Below are positions 50,650 to 62,770 of a stretch of 64,000 bases of DNA, in pieces. The DNA is taken from contig JBHGNT010000013.1 in assembly GCA_043228905.1 (NCBI GenBank), positions 12,710,001-12,774,000 on the forward strand, written 5' to 3'. The notes below the pieces were generated by a model, which worked only from the letters and a program-made list of their open reading frames with translations, was not told the origin of the DNA and did not search any database. Source of the stretch: Azolla caroliniana. Taxonomy: Eukaryota > Plantae > Polypodiophyta. A program made the translations under genes and the position numbers. Each line of letters starts with the position of its first letter. Within the stretch, counting starts at the first letter, position 1.

Positions 50650-52430
50650 AGAGTCATCCCTCAGACTGGAAGATGGTTTAGTGAGCATTCTGACAAGTTT
50701 CCATTGGAAGGTGGAATATGATCAACGAGGATGGGGCTAAGCCCATGGCAAGGGTCGGTCGACCTTGGGTCATCTTCATTTTATGTTTCAGTGGTACTGT
50801 ATGAACTATCAAGGGAATTATTTCTGGAGAACCATTAGGATTAGAAGATATCTATCATTTGGTAAGATTCCCTTTGCGTTTTGTTTCAATCTGCACAAGG
50901 CCTTAAGTTTACAGAAATCCTCGTTTAGGGTTTAGGGTTTGGGGTCAAACCCTAGAGGTTGAAACATCTTGAGGAGTCCATTGAAGGATACAAGACTCTT
51001 AGAAATTAATTTGATAGAACAAGGCAATTCAATACAAGATTTTGCCAACACCTCCAATTGCGACCCGTTTGTGCTTTCCATTGGGGGCTGCTGCTCAAAG
51101 AATTCCAATAACCTATGCCAAGAAACCAAGAAATGGTGAATTACCATTGACACCAAACATTTAATTTGCCTATGACTATTGACCCCACCAAGTCATTTTG
51201 GAGTACAAATATGATTCCATACCAACTTACTAAGGCCTAATCTTTCTTTCCTCTTCCATAATATGAATTGCATGGAAGTTGCTAGTTTTTCAAAAGCTTT
51301 TTTCGATCATGGCAACAATGGGAAATAATATGATATCATAGGAATCATGATAATTTTGAATACTGTAAGTCTGATATGAAACAGTTGTGCTTGTGATTTC
51401 CAATACATAAATTGATTTATTATACATTTGGGTATTCACTCCAGGAGTTTCTCATTAGGCATATCTCTACCAATAGGATAACCTAAATTATAACAAATCA
51501 CACCACATCTCCCTATCTACCAAGATCAAATTGTACACTCTAGTGGTTAGACATTGATTCATGACATAGAGGATCACGGGCATTGCTTCTACCTAGTATC
51601 TGAGGCTTGTCCTTCTCGTTCAACATTGGACAACTTCTATTTTGTGATAGTTTTTCCTTTCCATGACATAGCTTTATTCAGGCATCCCTTGGCATGTCAA
51701 TTGGTAGCGAATTTGATCCGTTGGAGGAATGTCATAAACATATTAGAAAAGTATTCTCACTTGTCGTTAGATATGAGAAATTACATTTTCTAGATGGTCT
51801 CTTTTTCTGTGAGAGACTTGAAGTGCGAGAAGAGTTTAGTCTTTTGATGGTCCAATGGTCTAATTGTTTAAAAGTTTGGACGGAAGTATAACTAGAGGAT
51901 AGAAATGTAAAAAAAAGTAAAAGAGAAGGGCATTTATAGAATTGACCATTGTCATAGCATATACAGATGTAAGGCTCATTCATGAGAAAGTACATGTAAG
52001 AATATGAAGGTAGGATTAACCCTCAATCACCTGGGTTTATATAAACACCATGCAAAAGATCATCAAAAGGGACGGGAGAATATATAATAAAAGCTCACAT
52101 TTCTGATTATTATGTTAATCCTTTCATCTCCTTTGTGCCCGTATGTTCATCAAGTGATTAATAAATCTTTTAACCGAGATGTGCTAATTGTCTTAAGTAG
52201 TCACTCATCTTTTGTAGCACTTGGTGAGATCAATTAGGTATGAAACTTAAATGAAGAACGCATCTCACCCTCCCCCAATGTGTAGAAAGGCATATGAAAT
52301 TTGGAGAACTTAAGTTCTTGGAGAATGAGCATCTATGGGGGCGCTTGCGCGCATGACTACTTGCTTTGGTCATGAGGTACAAGAAGGAGGAATGATCAAC
52401 ATTAACTTTTCGCTTGATAGGTAGTGGAAG
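50650..52430 (-). mobile_element. Decayed L1-like LINE remnant
   Basis: The minus strand at ~51180-51495 gives LGYPIG...IPMISYY...WNHICTPK*LGG, resembling the post-RT region of plant L1 ORF2. Boundaries are uncertain. Confidence 0.5.
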
Positions 52431-52992
52431 AATGTCCTTGTTGAGCGGGCAAGGTCAACCGGATCCGGATTGGAGAATTGGATAGGTACTTGGATCAGTG
52501 TCTGGAACCTAGAGCCAGACCGGAGAACCGGATCATACTCCGGAATAGTGAGAACCGATAGGCCGTTGGTTGGCGCCTACGGTCCGAGCCTAGTACGTAG
52601 GCGTATTCATTGGAGTTAGTGACAATCGCTTGTATGAGCATTGAAGTACATGTTAGTACTTTTAAGGACTTGTATAAAAAGTGTTATGAAGGACATTTGT
52701 ATGTACAAAGTGTTATTATTTTGAATTTTGTTTTTTATGTTGTTTTGCTCTCTTTGTATCTCCCGCTCTCTGTCTGTGTGATTCAAGCTTCCATTAAACT
52801 TGTGTATACTCTTTCTGTTGCTATCCGGGTGAACTTGTTTGTCAACGCTTCCACATATTAACTTTGACATGGTATCAGAGCACGAGGGTTGAGAACCTCT
52901 ACTGCTACCAAATTGATTCAACGCCAGTCTTAAGCCTCCTAGCTACTATTGTATATTCTCTTAACATAATATATATATTTTGTTATCATCAT

Positions 52993-53034
<42 letters not shown>

Positions 53035-53227
53035 TCGCTCTTTCCTTCTCTCGAGAGTTCTACACTTCCCTTAGCACTAATTCTCATCTTTAGTACTAAT
53101 TCCTTCTCTGTGTTAGTACTGTTCCTGATAGTTTGAACCAATTTTGTGTCTCCGTCCTTCTTTTCCTTTATCTTCTTACTTCTCCCTCCCTTCATACTAA
53201 TCTCTTATTCCTCTTTTCTCTCATATA

Positions 53228-56200
53228 ATGGCCACTGTGAGCGCTCAAGAATATCAATCCATTTTTTCGGAGTTGCAATGCTTGAAAGAGAAGTTTCTTG
53301 CATTGGAACAAGAAAATCAACGACTGTTGGGGGAGCTTCAACAAATCTCCTTAGAAAAGCAGCAAACATAATAACAACATGGGGAACTAGCGTTACCGTG
53401 CAACATCTCGAAGCAACCATAGTAACGATGCAACAACAAGTACCTAGTACGCAAGGGGTTCATAAAGAACCCAAGATCGGCCTTCCCATGAAATTCGATG
53501 GAACACGATCGCAGTTTAGAGGATTCCTTAATCAGGTACGATTAGTCATTCAAATGCATCCTTCTCGATATCCCATGGATGCATCACGAGTGGGTTTAGT
53601 AGGCACGTTGTTAAGTGGCTTAGCTTTGGCATGGTTCACTCCGTTGTTAAAAAAGAAATCTCCTTTACTAAACAATTTTGAAGAGTTTTTAAGTGAGTTT
53701 AAAGCCTGTTTTGGAGATACTGATAGCATAAGGATAACAATCAACAAAATCCGACGATTATGTCAAGGTGACTGTCTAGCCTCTGCATACGCTGCAGATT
53801 TCTGCCTACTCGCCTCGATATCCCCTGGGATGACCAAGCACTTATGGAGCAATTTCGTTATGGTCTACGTAACGATGTCAAGGATTTACTCTTGACCTTC
53901 CCCAAAGAACCAAAGTCATTGAAAGAAGCAATTAGTCGCGTGGTGAGATGCGACTACCGTCTTTTCGAACGACGTTCGGAATGTCAGTTCCAGATGCCAA
54001 GGGCAAGATAAGAGCCCACCTATGCCTCAGTGGTAGCAAAACTTTTTCCAAGGGAGTCATATAATGTGTCTCCAGTGAATACTCCAACTCCGATGGAAAT
54101 TGACACTACACGTCGTTGCGGACCATTATCGGAAGAAGAAAAGCAATGATGCCGAGCAAATCGACTATGTCTTTATTGCGGTGGACTAGGGCATATTGCA
54201 GTGAACTGTCCCCATAGGCCAAGAAGACAAGTGAACCAAATAGTTGCTAGTTCTAATTGTACTAAACCTGAGTCTATTTCAATAGGAATATCTGATAGTC
54301 CAAATAGTACTAATAGCCCAAATCTATCGAACAAATTTGATGTCCTTAGTCAGTTATAAGAAGAGTTAAACGACTAAGTCCAACCAAAATAAGAGTTGTT
54401 TGGTTGGACAACCCTAGATCTGTGCAACCCATTAGTGGTTCCATTCCCTCTAAGCAAGTTAGCAATCTGTTCTTAGCCCAAGTAACCGTTAGTGCTAAAA
54501 GTACCTCTCGAGTACATGTCTCGGCACTCCTAGATTCCGGAGCTAATTCTTGCTTTATGGAAAGGAATTTTGCCCAAGTTCATCAGAAATCCCTAAGAAA
54601 ACTCTTGTGCAACCCATTAGTGGTTCCATTCCCTCTAAGCAAGTTAGCAATCTGTTCTTAGCGCAAGTAACCGTTAGTGCTAAAAGTACCTCTCGAGTAC
54701 ATGTCTTGGCACTCCTAGATTCCGGAGCTAATTCTTGCTTTATGGAAAGGAATTTTGCCCAAGCTCATCAGAAATCCCTAAGAAAACTCTTGTGTCCAAC
54801 CTTTGTAGTAGTCATTGATGGTCGTCCCATTGCTTCCAGAAATATCATAGAAGAGTCAGAGCCCGTTAATATTGTCCTAAATAATTTAGCGTGTGTAGTA
54901 TCCTTTAATATAATTAGTATCCTAGAACATCCCATTGTTTTGGGATTACCATGGTTCGAATTACATAACCCAGACATAGATTGGAAAACAAGAGAAATCC
55001 GGTATCGACAAACCCGAGGATCTACTCATAAGATTGCAACCATTTCGCTACATCAGTTGCGTGAGGAAGGACGCAAGGAAGAAATGTTTCTCTTCGCAAT
55101 ATCAGTAAAACCCTCCAACACCACTAAAGTGGAGTCCACTGTTCAACTTCCAAAGAAGTATCGTCATTATGCCGATGTGTTCGATAAAGTACAAGCCAAT
55201 ACGCTTCCTCACCATCGACCATATGATTGCCCCATCAATTTACAACTGGGAAAAGAGCCACCATGGGGACCGATCTACAATTTGTCACCAACCGAGCTAG
55301 AAGTCCTTCAAGCCTATATAGAGGATGGCAAATGGTTTCATTCGACATTCGAAATCTCCAGCTGACGCACCCATTTTCTTTGTCAAGAAAAAGGATGGAT
55401 CACTTCGTCTCGTCGTAGATTACCGTGGCTTGAATAAGGTCACCATCAGTAATAGGTATACACTTCCCCTTATCTCACGTCTTTTAGAACGGATCAATGG
55501 TGCAAGGTTCTTCACAAAGATCGACTTACGAGGAGCATATAACCTCGTACGGATCCAACCAGGAGATGAATGGAAGACCGCGTTTCGCACTAGATATGGG
55601 CACTTCGAGTATAGGATCATGCCATTCAGCTTCACTAATGCGCCAAGAGTCTTCTAGCACATGACAAATGATATATTTCAAGATCACTTGGATGTTTGTT
55701 TGATCATCTGATCTACTGGTTTATTCGAAGACCCAAGAAGAGCATGATTCTCATGTACTGTTAGTACTAAAACGACATCGAGAACATGGTCTTTATGCAA
55801 AGCTAGAACAATGTAGTTTCGAGTGCAACCAGGTAGAATTTCTGGGCTATGTCATTTCCTTGATCTCCATGGATCTAGCTAAGATCAAAACAGTGGTAGA
55901 GTGGCAGACTCCACGTTCCTTGCGACATGTGCAATACTTTTTAGGCTTTGCCAATTTCTACCGCAAGTTTATACAGGATTACTCAAAGCTTGTTCTACCT
56001 CTCACACAACTTACCAGGAAGGGACAATCGTTTGTTTGGTCTGAAGAAGCAGACATGTCTTTTGAGGGTCTTAAGAAGGCATTTACATCAGCTCCTATTC
56101 TGGCTCATGTTGATCCGGAAAAACCATTCATCATCGAAGTAGACGCGTCGGATTTCGCGTTGGGTAGCATTCTGTCATAGCAAGGCGATGATGAAAAGCT

Positions 56201-57690
56201 CCATCCTGTGGCTTTCCACTCACGCAAGTTTGACACCACCGAAATCAACTATGAAATTCACGATAAGGAGCTATTAGCAATAGTGGACTCTTTTACGCAA
56301 TGGAGGCATTTTCTAGAGGGATCTTCTCATCAAGTTACCGTATTTAGTGATCACAAAAACCTTGCCTACTTTCAGAATGCTCGTGTGTTAAATCAATGTC
56401 AAGCTTGGTGGGCCCAATTCCTCACTCGTTTCAACTTCAAAATTACATATCATCCGCGGAAGCAACATGGGAAGGCAGATGCATTATCACGACGCTCGTA
56501 TCTAGCACCACGTCCTGGCAAGCTAGCTTTCAATAACCAAAAGCATGTAATCCTGGGACTAGCATGACTGCAAGCAACACAGGTCTTCGGAATACCCTTG
56601 GATTCCCACGTTATCGATACCATACGTGAGGACTTGAAGATAGATGCTTTCGCCCAAGCCATTCTAGCACAAATTGATCCCTCTTGAGCATCTTGTTCAC
56701 AGTCGCAACAACCAGGTACAGACTATCGACAATTCGAATGTCATGATGGATTACTATTCTTTAAGAAATTCTTGTATGTTCCAAATGGTTCTTGTTGCCT
56801 TCGAGTAGTCCAAAACTGTCATGACACATATACAATTGGGCATTTTGGTAGTACTAAAACATTAGATTTAGTACAACGACCATTCTGGTGGCCCCATATG
56901 TGACAATTTGTCGAAGATTTTGTTTGGACTTGCGATACATGTTGCAGAGCAAAAATGCCAAGGCTTCATCCATATGGTTTATTAGAACCATTACCAATTC
57001 CAAGCAAGCCATGACAATCCATTGCTCTAGATTTTATCACAGATCTTCTAGTCTCTAAGGGATTCGATGCGATCTTAACAATAGTAGATTGATATACGAA
57101 GATGGCCCATTTTCTGCCATGTACTAAGGAAATCTCCAGTGAGGAAACCGCCGAAACTGTCATGCATGAAGTATGTTGACATCATGGCCTTCCCGATAGT
57201 ATCATCAATGACTGTGGACCCTAGTTCGTCTCGAAATTATGGAAGCACATCTTTAAAATGCTCAAGGTCACTTGTAATCTCTCCTCCGTCTTCCACCCAC
57301 AAACATGCGGCCAAGCAGAATGAACAAATCAAACGCTGGAGCAATATCTTCGGTGCTTTCTAAGCTAACATCAAGATGACTAGGCAAATATTCTCCACTT
57401 CGCCGAATTTGCGTATAATAACTCTGTCCACTCATCGACAAAGGTTACACCATTTTATGCTTATACGGGTTGTCACCCCTGGTGGTGTGTATTTGAAACA
57501 CCATAGTTACCCACAAATCCTTGCGGTGGATCGTTTGGAGCGGTTATGCAAGATACAAGCGGATTTATCTACTCATCTACAACAAGCTCAACAAACACAC
57601 AAGGTTTACGCGGATCGTCATCGGCTTCCATCCAGTTTTAACATTGGAGATTGGGTATGGCTACTTCGACGACACATCAAGACTACTCGC
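53228..57690 (+). pseudogene. Ty3/gypsy gag-pol (Tcn1/Tf-like), truncated in the integrase C-terminus
   Basis: gag LPMKFDGTRSQFRGFL, PMEID, CLYCGGLGHIAVNC; protease ALLDSGANSCF; [34 protein letters not shown]; RNase [21 protein letters not shown]; integrase HHCC/core and DWVWL. Many stops. Confidence 0.92.
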
Positions 57691-60600
57691 TCGTCTAATC
57701 ACATGATGAGCCACGAAGAGTGGTTCTCATATCTGGAAAAACCGAAGCAACCAGGAGTTGTCGAAACCAGAGATAACACTCCTCACTCGACCGTGAATGT
57801 CGAAGAAGTTCCCTTGAGTGACGTAGGACAAAAAGGGAAGCTTATGAATGTGCTTCACGTCTCGACAATCACAAAGAACTTGGTGTTGGTCGGTCAGATC
57901 ATTGACCAAGGGATGCAGGTGTAGTTTATGCACCTCGGGTGCTTCATTGAGGAAGAGGGCTAGATCATCGTGCGAGGGCACCGAGGTAGGAGGATGTTTA
58001 TCCTTAACACCAACGACGTCGGCACCACTCTATTCGCAAAAGGACATAAGGTCGAATCGGATATCGACATGTGGCACAAGCGGATCGATCACGTCAACAA
58101 TCAGAGACCTCAAGACCTGCAATCGAAACATGTTGTTTTCGGATTGTCAAAATTCAGTGGCCGGAAGGCCCAAATTTGTGAAACCTGCCAGCTTGGGAAG
58201 CAACACCGGCTTCCGTTCCCCACCGAAAGAAACCATAGTCGTAACAAGCTCGACTTGATACATTTTGATGTATGGGGACCGACACAGAACGTTAGCCTTG
58301 GCGGGAGCCGATATTTCGTCTCCTTCATCGATGACTACAACCGGCACACATGGGTCTACCTCATAGAGAAGAAAAGCAAAGTCTTCGATTGTATCCGGAA
58401 CTTGCGAAGTCTTGTCGAACGGGAAACAGAGCGGAAGGTCAAGTGCCTACGGTCGTATGGCAGGAAAGAATACTTTTCCGTCCAATTCAACAGTTATTTG
58501 CAACAGAAGGGAATTCAATGAGAATTCAGTTGTAGATACATACCAGAACAAAATGGTGTGGCCGAAAGGAAAAACTGGTCGATTGTGGAGGCGGCTTAGG
58601 CAATGTTGGAAGAGAAGAGCATGCCAGAGTTCTATTGGGCTGAAGCGGTCTGGACGGCCATCTACATACAAAACCGGCTCGGGGAAAAGGTGTCAGCACA
58701 AAGCTATATTGTGGGTGGAAGACGAATTTAAGGCACCTTAGGATATTCGGTAGCATCGCATATGTGCATGTGCCGGATGAGAAATAGAGAAAGTTGGACC
58801 CTAAGTCGGAGAAGTGCATTTTGGTCGGTTACTCACATGAGCATAAGGGATATAAGTGCTACAACCCCTAGACTAAGCAAGTACAAGTAAGCGGAAGATG
58901 TTGAATTTGATGAGTCGGCATCATGGTACTCTTTACCGAATCCGACTTCGACCCGATTCCAGCAGATGAGGCTAGTGAGCCGGAAACAATTCGGATAGAA
59001 GAAGAAGAAGAAGACTTTGGTACTCTAGATGAGAGTTCCATCTCATTTCATCTGAGTGGGCCGAATGAATGACTGAGTCAGAACAACCAGTCCAATGATG
59101 AGCTGGCGAGTAGCGAAGACTCAATTGTGCCTTCCCTGCGCAAGGAAACGAGGAGACGGTTCATGCGCAAAGAAAGGGAAGAAGAAGATGTCGGAGTGCA
59201 ACACCGGCAAAGAAGAGTCAGATCAGAGCGAATTTGATTCCGTACTAAACGAAGACGGACCTTCAAAGACGAAGTCCGAGTCGGCCAAGAGGGCCTTGCA
59301 ATTAACGAACAAAAAGTTATGCCGATTGACCCACCAGAAGAACCTCGTAAAAAGGTATGGATATAATGAGTACATGGCGCATCACTATGCGTACATGACG
59401 AAAGTGGCGGAAGTGCGTGAGCCGGAGAGCTACGCAAAAGCGGCAAGGGATGCACATTGGTGTGCCACTATGGAGGAAGAGATGCGAGCACTCGATGCAA
59501 ACAAGATGGGACCTGGTTGACCCTCCCTGACATTGCAAACCAATCGGTTGCAAGTGGGTGTACAAGGTAAAGTATAATGCTGACGGTTCGGTCAATCGGT
59601 ACAAGGACCAGTTAGTGGCCAAGGGGTACGCGCAGACCCTCGGATTTGACTACGACGAGACCTTTGCTCCGGTAGCGAAGATGACGACGGTTCATGTGGT
59701 GCTGGCAGTTGTTGCGACAAGGGGGTGATATCTTCACCAAATGGACGTGAAGAATGTGTTTCTTCAAGGTGACCTTGAAGAACAAGTCTACATGATCCAA
59801 CCCCCCGGTTTTCAATCAGAGATGAACAAGTCGGCAGTGTGTTGACTCAAAAAGTCCCTTTACGGCATGAAGCAAGCCCCCCGTGCTTGGAATTTGAAGA
59901 TCACGCGGCAGTTGTGTAGGATGGGGTTCACGGCCTTGAAGTCGGACTCTTCACATCCGGAAAGGTTCGGACGGTTCGGTCTGTATCTTGCTATATGTGG
60001 ACGATCTAGTCATCACCAGACATGGACTTGCTAAAATCGGCCAAGTGAAGTCGCAATTGTCGGATGCATTCGAAATGAAGGACCTAGGGGACCTTCATTA
60101 CTTCCTCGGGATCGAAGTGATCCATACCCGGTCGACATATTGTTGTCTTAGAGACATTACGTGTTGAATATGCTGTTCAAGTTCGGCATGATGGATTACC
60201 GACCAATCTCCACACCCTTGGACTGGAACCTGAAGCTTCGTTCTGACTCTGGATCGGCCCGCAACAAGAAACGGTTTCGACAAATTGTCGGAAGCCTTAT
60301 TTATTTAACGATCACCCAACCCAACATTAGCGATCTAGTCGACACGATTAGTCAGTTTATGCAAAAGCCAACCGTGGAGCACCTTCAGTGCGTGCACTGA
60401 ATACTGAGGTATGTTAGCGGCACTAAGGACCGAGGATTGTTATACCGACACAGTATAACCAAACAACTAGTCGGATATACGGATCCCAACTGGGCCGGAG
60501 ATGCGTCGGATCGACGGTCCACTTCAGGATTCATGTTCTCTCTAGGTAGCGTGGTTATTGTGTGGAGAAGCAAAAAGCAGTCGACTGTGGCTCTTTCGAG

Positions 60601-61120
60601 CACTGAGGCTGAGTATCGGGAACCGAACAACTAGTCGGATATACGGATCCCAACTGGGCCGGAGATGCGTCGGATCGACGGTCCACTTCAGGATTCATGT
60701 TCTCTCTAGGTAGCGTGGCTATTGTGTGGAGAAGCAAAAAGCAGTCGACTGTGGCTCTTTCGAGCACTGAGGCTGAGTATCGGGGCGCTACCGTTGCCAC
60801 ATGTGAAGCCATTTGGCTTCGGCGGTTGCTACAAGACCTCTGGATTGAAGTACCGACTCCGGTCCCGATCTACTGCAACAACATGAGCAACATGCAGCTG
60901 GCCAAGAACAATGTGTTCCATGCTCGGATGAAGCACATCGAAGTGCATTATCACTTTGTGTGTGAGCGGGTCCTCGATGGTGAAGTCGAGCTCCGGTATG
61001 TTCGGACATATTGACAGGTTGTCCACATCTTCACCAAGGCCCTTGGAACCGACAAGTTGCAACATTTTTCGGAGATGTTTGGTCTTCAACATCTTGGCAT
61101 GCCGCACTCGAGGGGGAGAA
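57691..61120 (+). pseudogene. Ty1/copia pol (protease C-part, integrase, RT, RNase H), same family as element B
   Basis: [57 protein letters not shown] and [10 protein letters not shown], collinear with element B. Confidence 0.93.
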
Positions 61121-62370
61121 CTTGTACTGGTACAGGGAGAACTGGAAAAGAAACCAGAAAACCAGGCAAAGGCACCAGACAAGCAGTCGGAGAGAAGGAA
61201 ACAACTGAAGCAGGGGGAGACAAAAGAATAAGGAAGCCGAGTTGACTGAAAAAGTGGTCACATATGATAAAGTCGGAACAAGCGATGACGACGAGAGAGT
61301 CAAGAAGGACAGAGCCGACCGGAACGAGAAGGTCAAGACGCGGACATGGTCTGACATGGTGAAGGGCCTGAAGGTTGAAGATGAATTGGAGACAACCAAT
61401 TCGGATAAGAGCTGGAATGCATCGAAGGCAGCCAATTCTAAAGAGGAGTTCGATTCGGAGGAGCCGAATCAACAAAAGGCCAAACAGACGAGGAGGTAGC
61501 GAAAGTCGACACCGACACAGAGGGACCGATGAGTCGAGAAGCATCAAAGTCGCAACAACGACGGAGCAGACAAGCCGATCGAGAAGGTCGAGGTGCGGGG
61601 GACTGGAAGGGTTGTGGGAAGTGGAATTGGATGGGTCAAGAAGCGCGAGCAAGGCAGGAAGATGCCAGGAGGAGCCGGAGGAAAGGACCGGTGGACACAC
61701 ATAGTGATCTGACCTCAAGTTGAGCTTGAGGGGGAGTGTTGAGTGGGCAAGCTCAACCGGATCTAGATGGGCTGAATAAGCCAGAGCCGGATCGGTATCC
61801 GGAACGGAGAACTAGATAGGTACCCGGATCGGTGTTCGGAACCTAGAGCCGGACCGGAGAACCGGATCGCACCCCGGAATAGTGAGAACCGGTAGGCCGT
61901 TGGAGCCTACAGTCTGAGCCTAGTACGTAGGCATATTCCTTTGAGTTAGTGGCAGTCGCTCGTATGAGCATTGAAGTACATGTTAGTATTTCTATCAGTC
62001 CTTTTAAGGACTTGTATAAAAAGTGTTATGTAGGACATTTGTATGTATAGAGTGTTATTATTTTGAATTTAGTTTTTTATGTTGTTTTGCTCTCTCTGTC
62101 TCTCCCGCTCTCTATCTGTGTGATTCAAGCTTCCATTAAACTGTGTGTACTCTTTCTGTTGCTATCCGGGTGAACCGGTTTGTCAAAGCTTCCGCATATT
62201 AACTTTGACAGTCTTCACATTGTATACCATCCTTAGCCCTTCTTTGGCTCCATGGTGGAATAGTTTTTCTAGGCCTTCATTATACGAGAGGCTATGTCAA
62301 CATAGAATACTACCCGAGATCACTTTGGCTCCTATAATTACATGAAGACACTAGCTGAGGCATCTACAAA

Positions 62371-62770
62371 TGTTATGGAAAATGTTTTCTACACATGAGG
62401 ATAAGAGTGTGAGGGTTAATTCAAAATATAAAGAATGGATGATTACTTTTAATCATGGGGATTAAGACAACCCTTTAAGGGTCAAGTATGAACTTGCCCA
62501 GGGGTCTTAGGTCTAGCTATAAGTACGATGCTTAGCTAAACTCATTGGAAAATCAATCAATTATGTTGAGATTGTGATCTTGTGGGAATAGATTGTTGTG
62601 GTGAGCATGTTCTAGTGCTAGGTACAACTCGAAGTCACTAATGAGTCACAATGGTATGGGACACCGTTCATGGCTTAGGTTTGTATCAATTCCTTTGCTT
62701 GGGGGTGGTCAGGTGGATCAACACCTTGATTTCTCTCACTACCTCCTTATTTTCTTATCTAATTCCTTAT
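62371..62770 (+). repeat. Diverged LTR related to the chromovirus D LTR
   Basis: tgttatgg...ggataagagtgtgagggttaa...gattacttttaa...gacaaccc...gggggtggtcaggtggatcaacacc, collinear with 18858-19240. Confidence 0.75.

Larger units (their letters stand above)
52439..62210 (+). mobile_element. Chimeric LTR retrotransposon G: copia LTRs/PBS/PPT with gypsy gag-PR-RT-RH-INT fused to copia (PR)-INT-RT-RH
   Basis: LTRs 52439-52869 and 61737-62210 (related to copia B); PBS 52870-52881; TSD gtcct/gtctt; PPT 61725-61736; gypsy segment ~52901-57690; copia segment 57691-61736. Confidence 0.88.

Noticed and set aside
50924-50944. Interstitial telomere (tttaggg x2 plus tttgggg); also aaaccctaa motifs at 4875-5110
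   Set aside because: Too short, and consistent with common telo-box motifs or chance.
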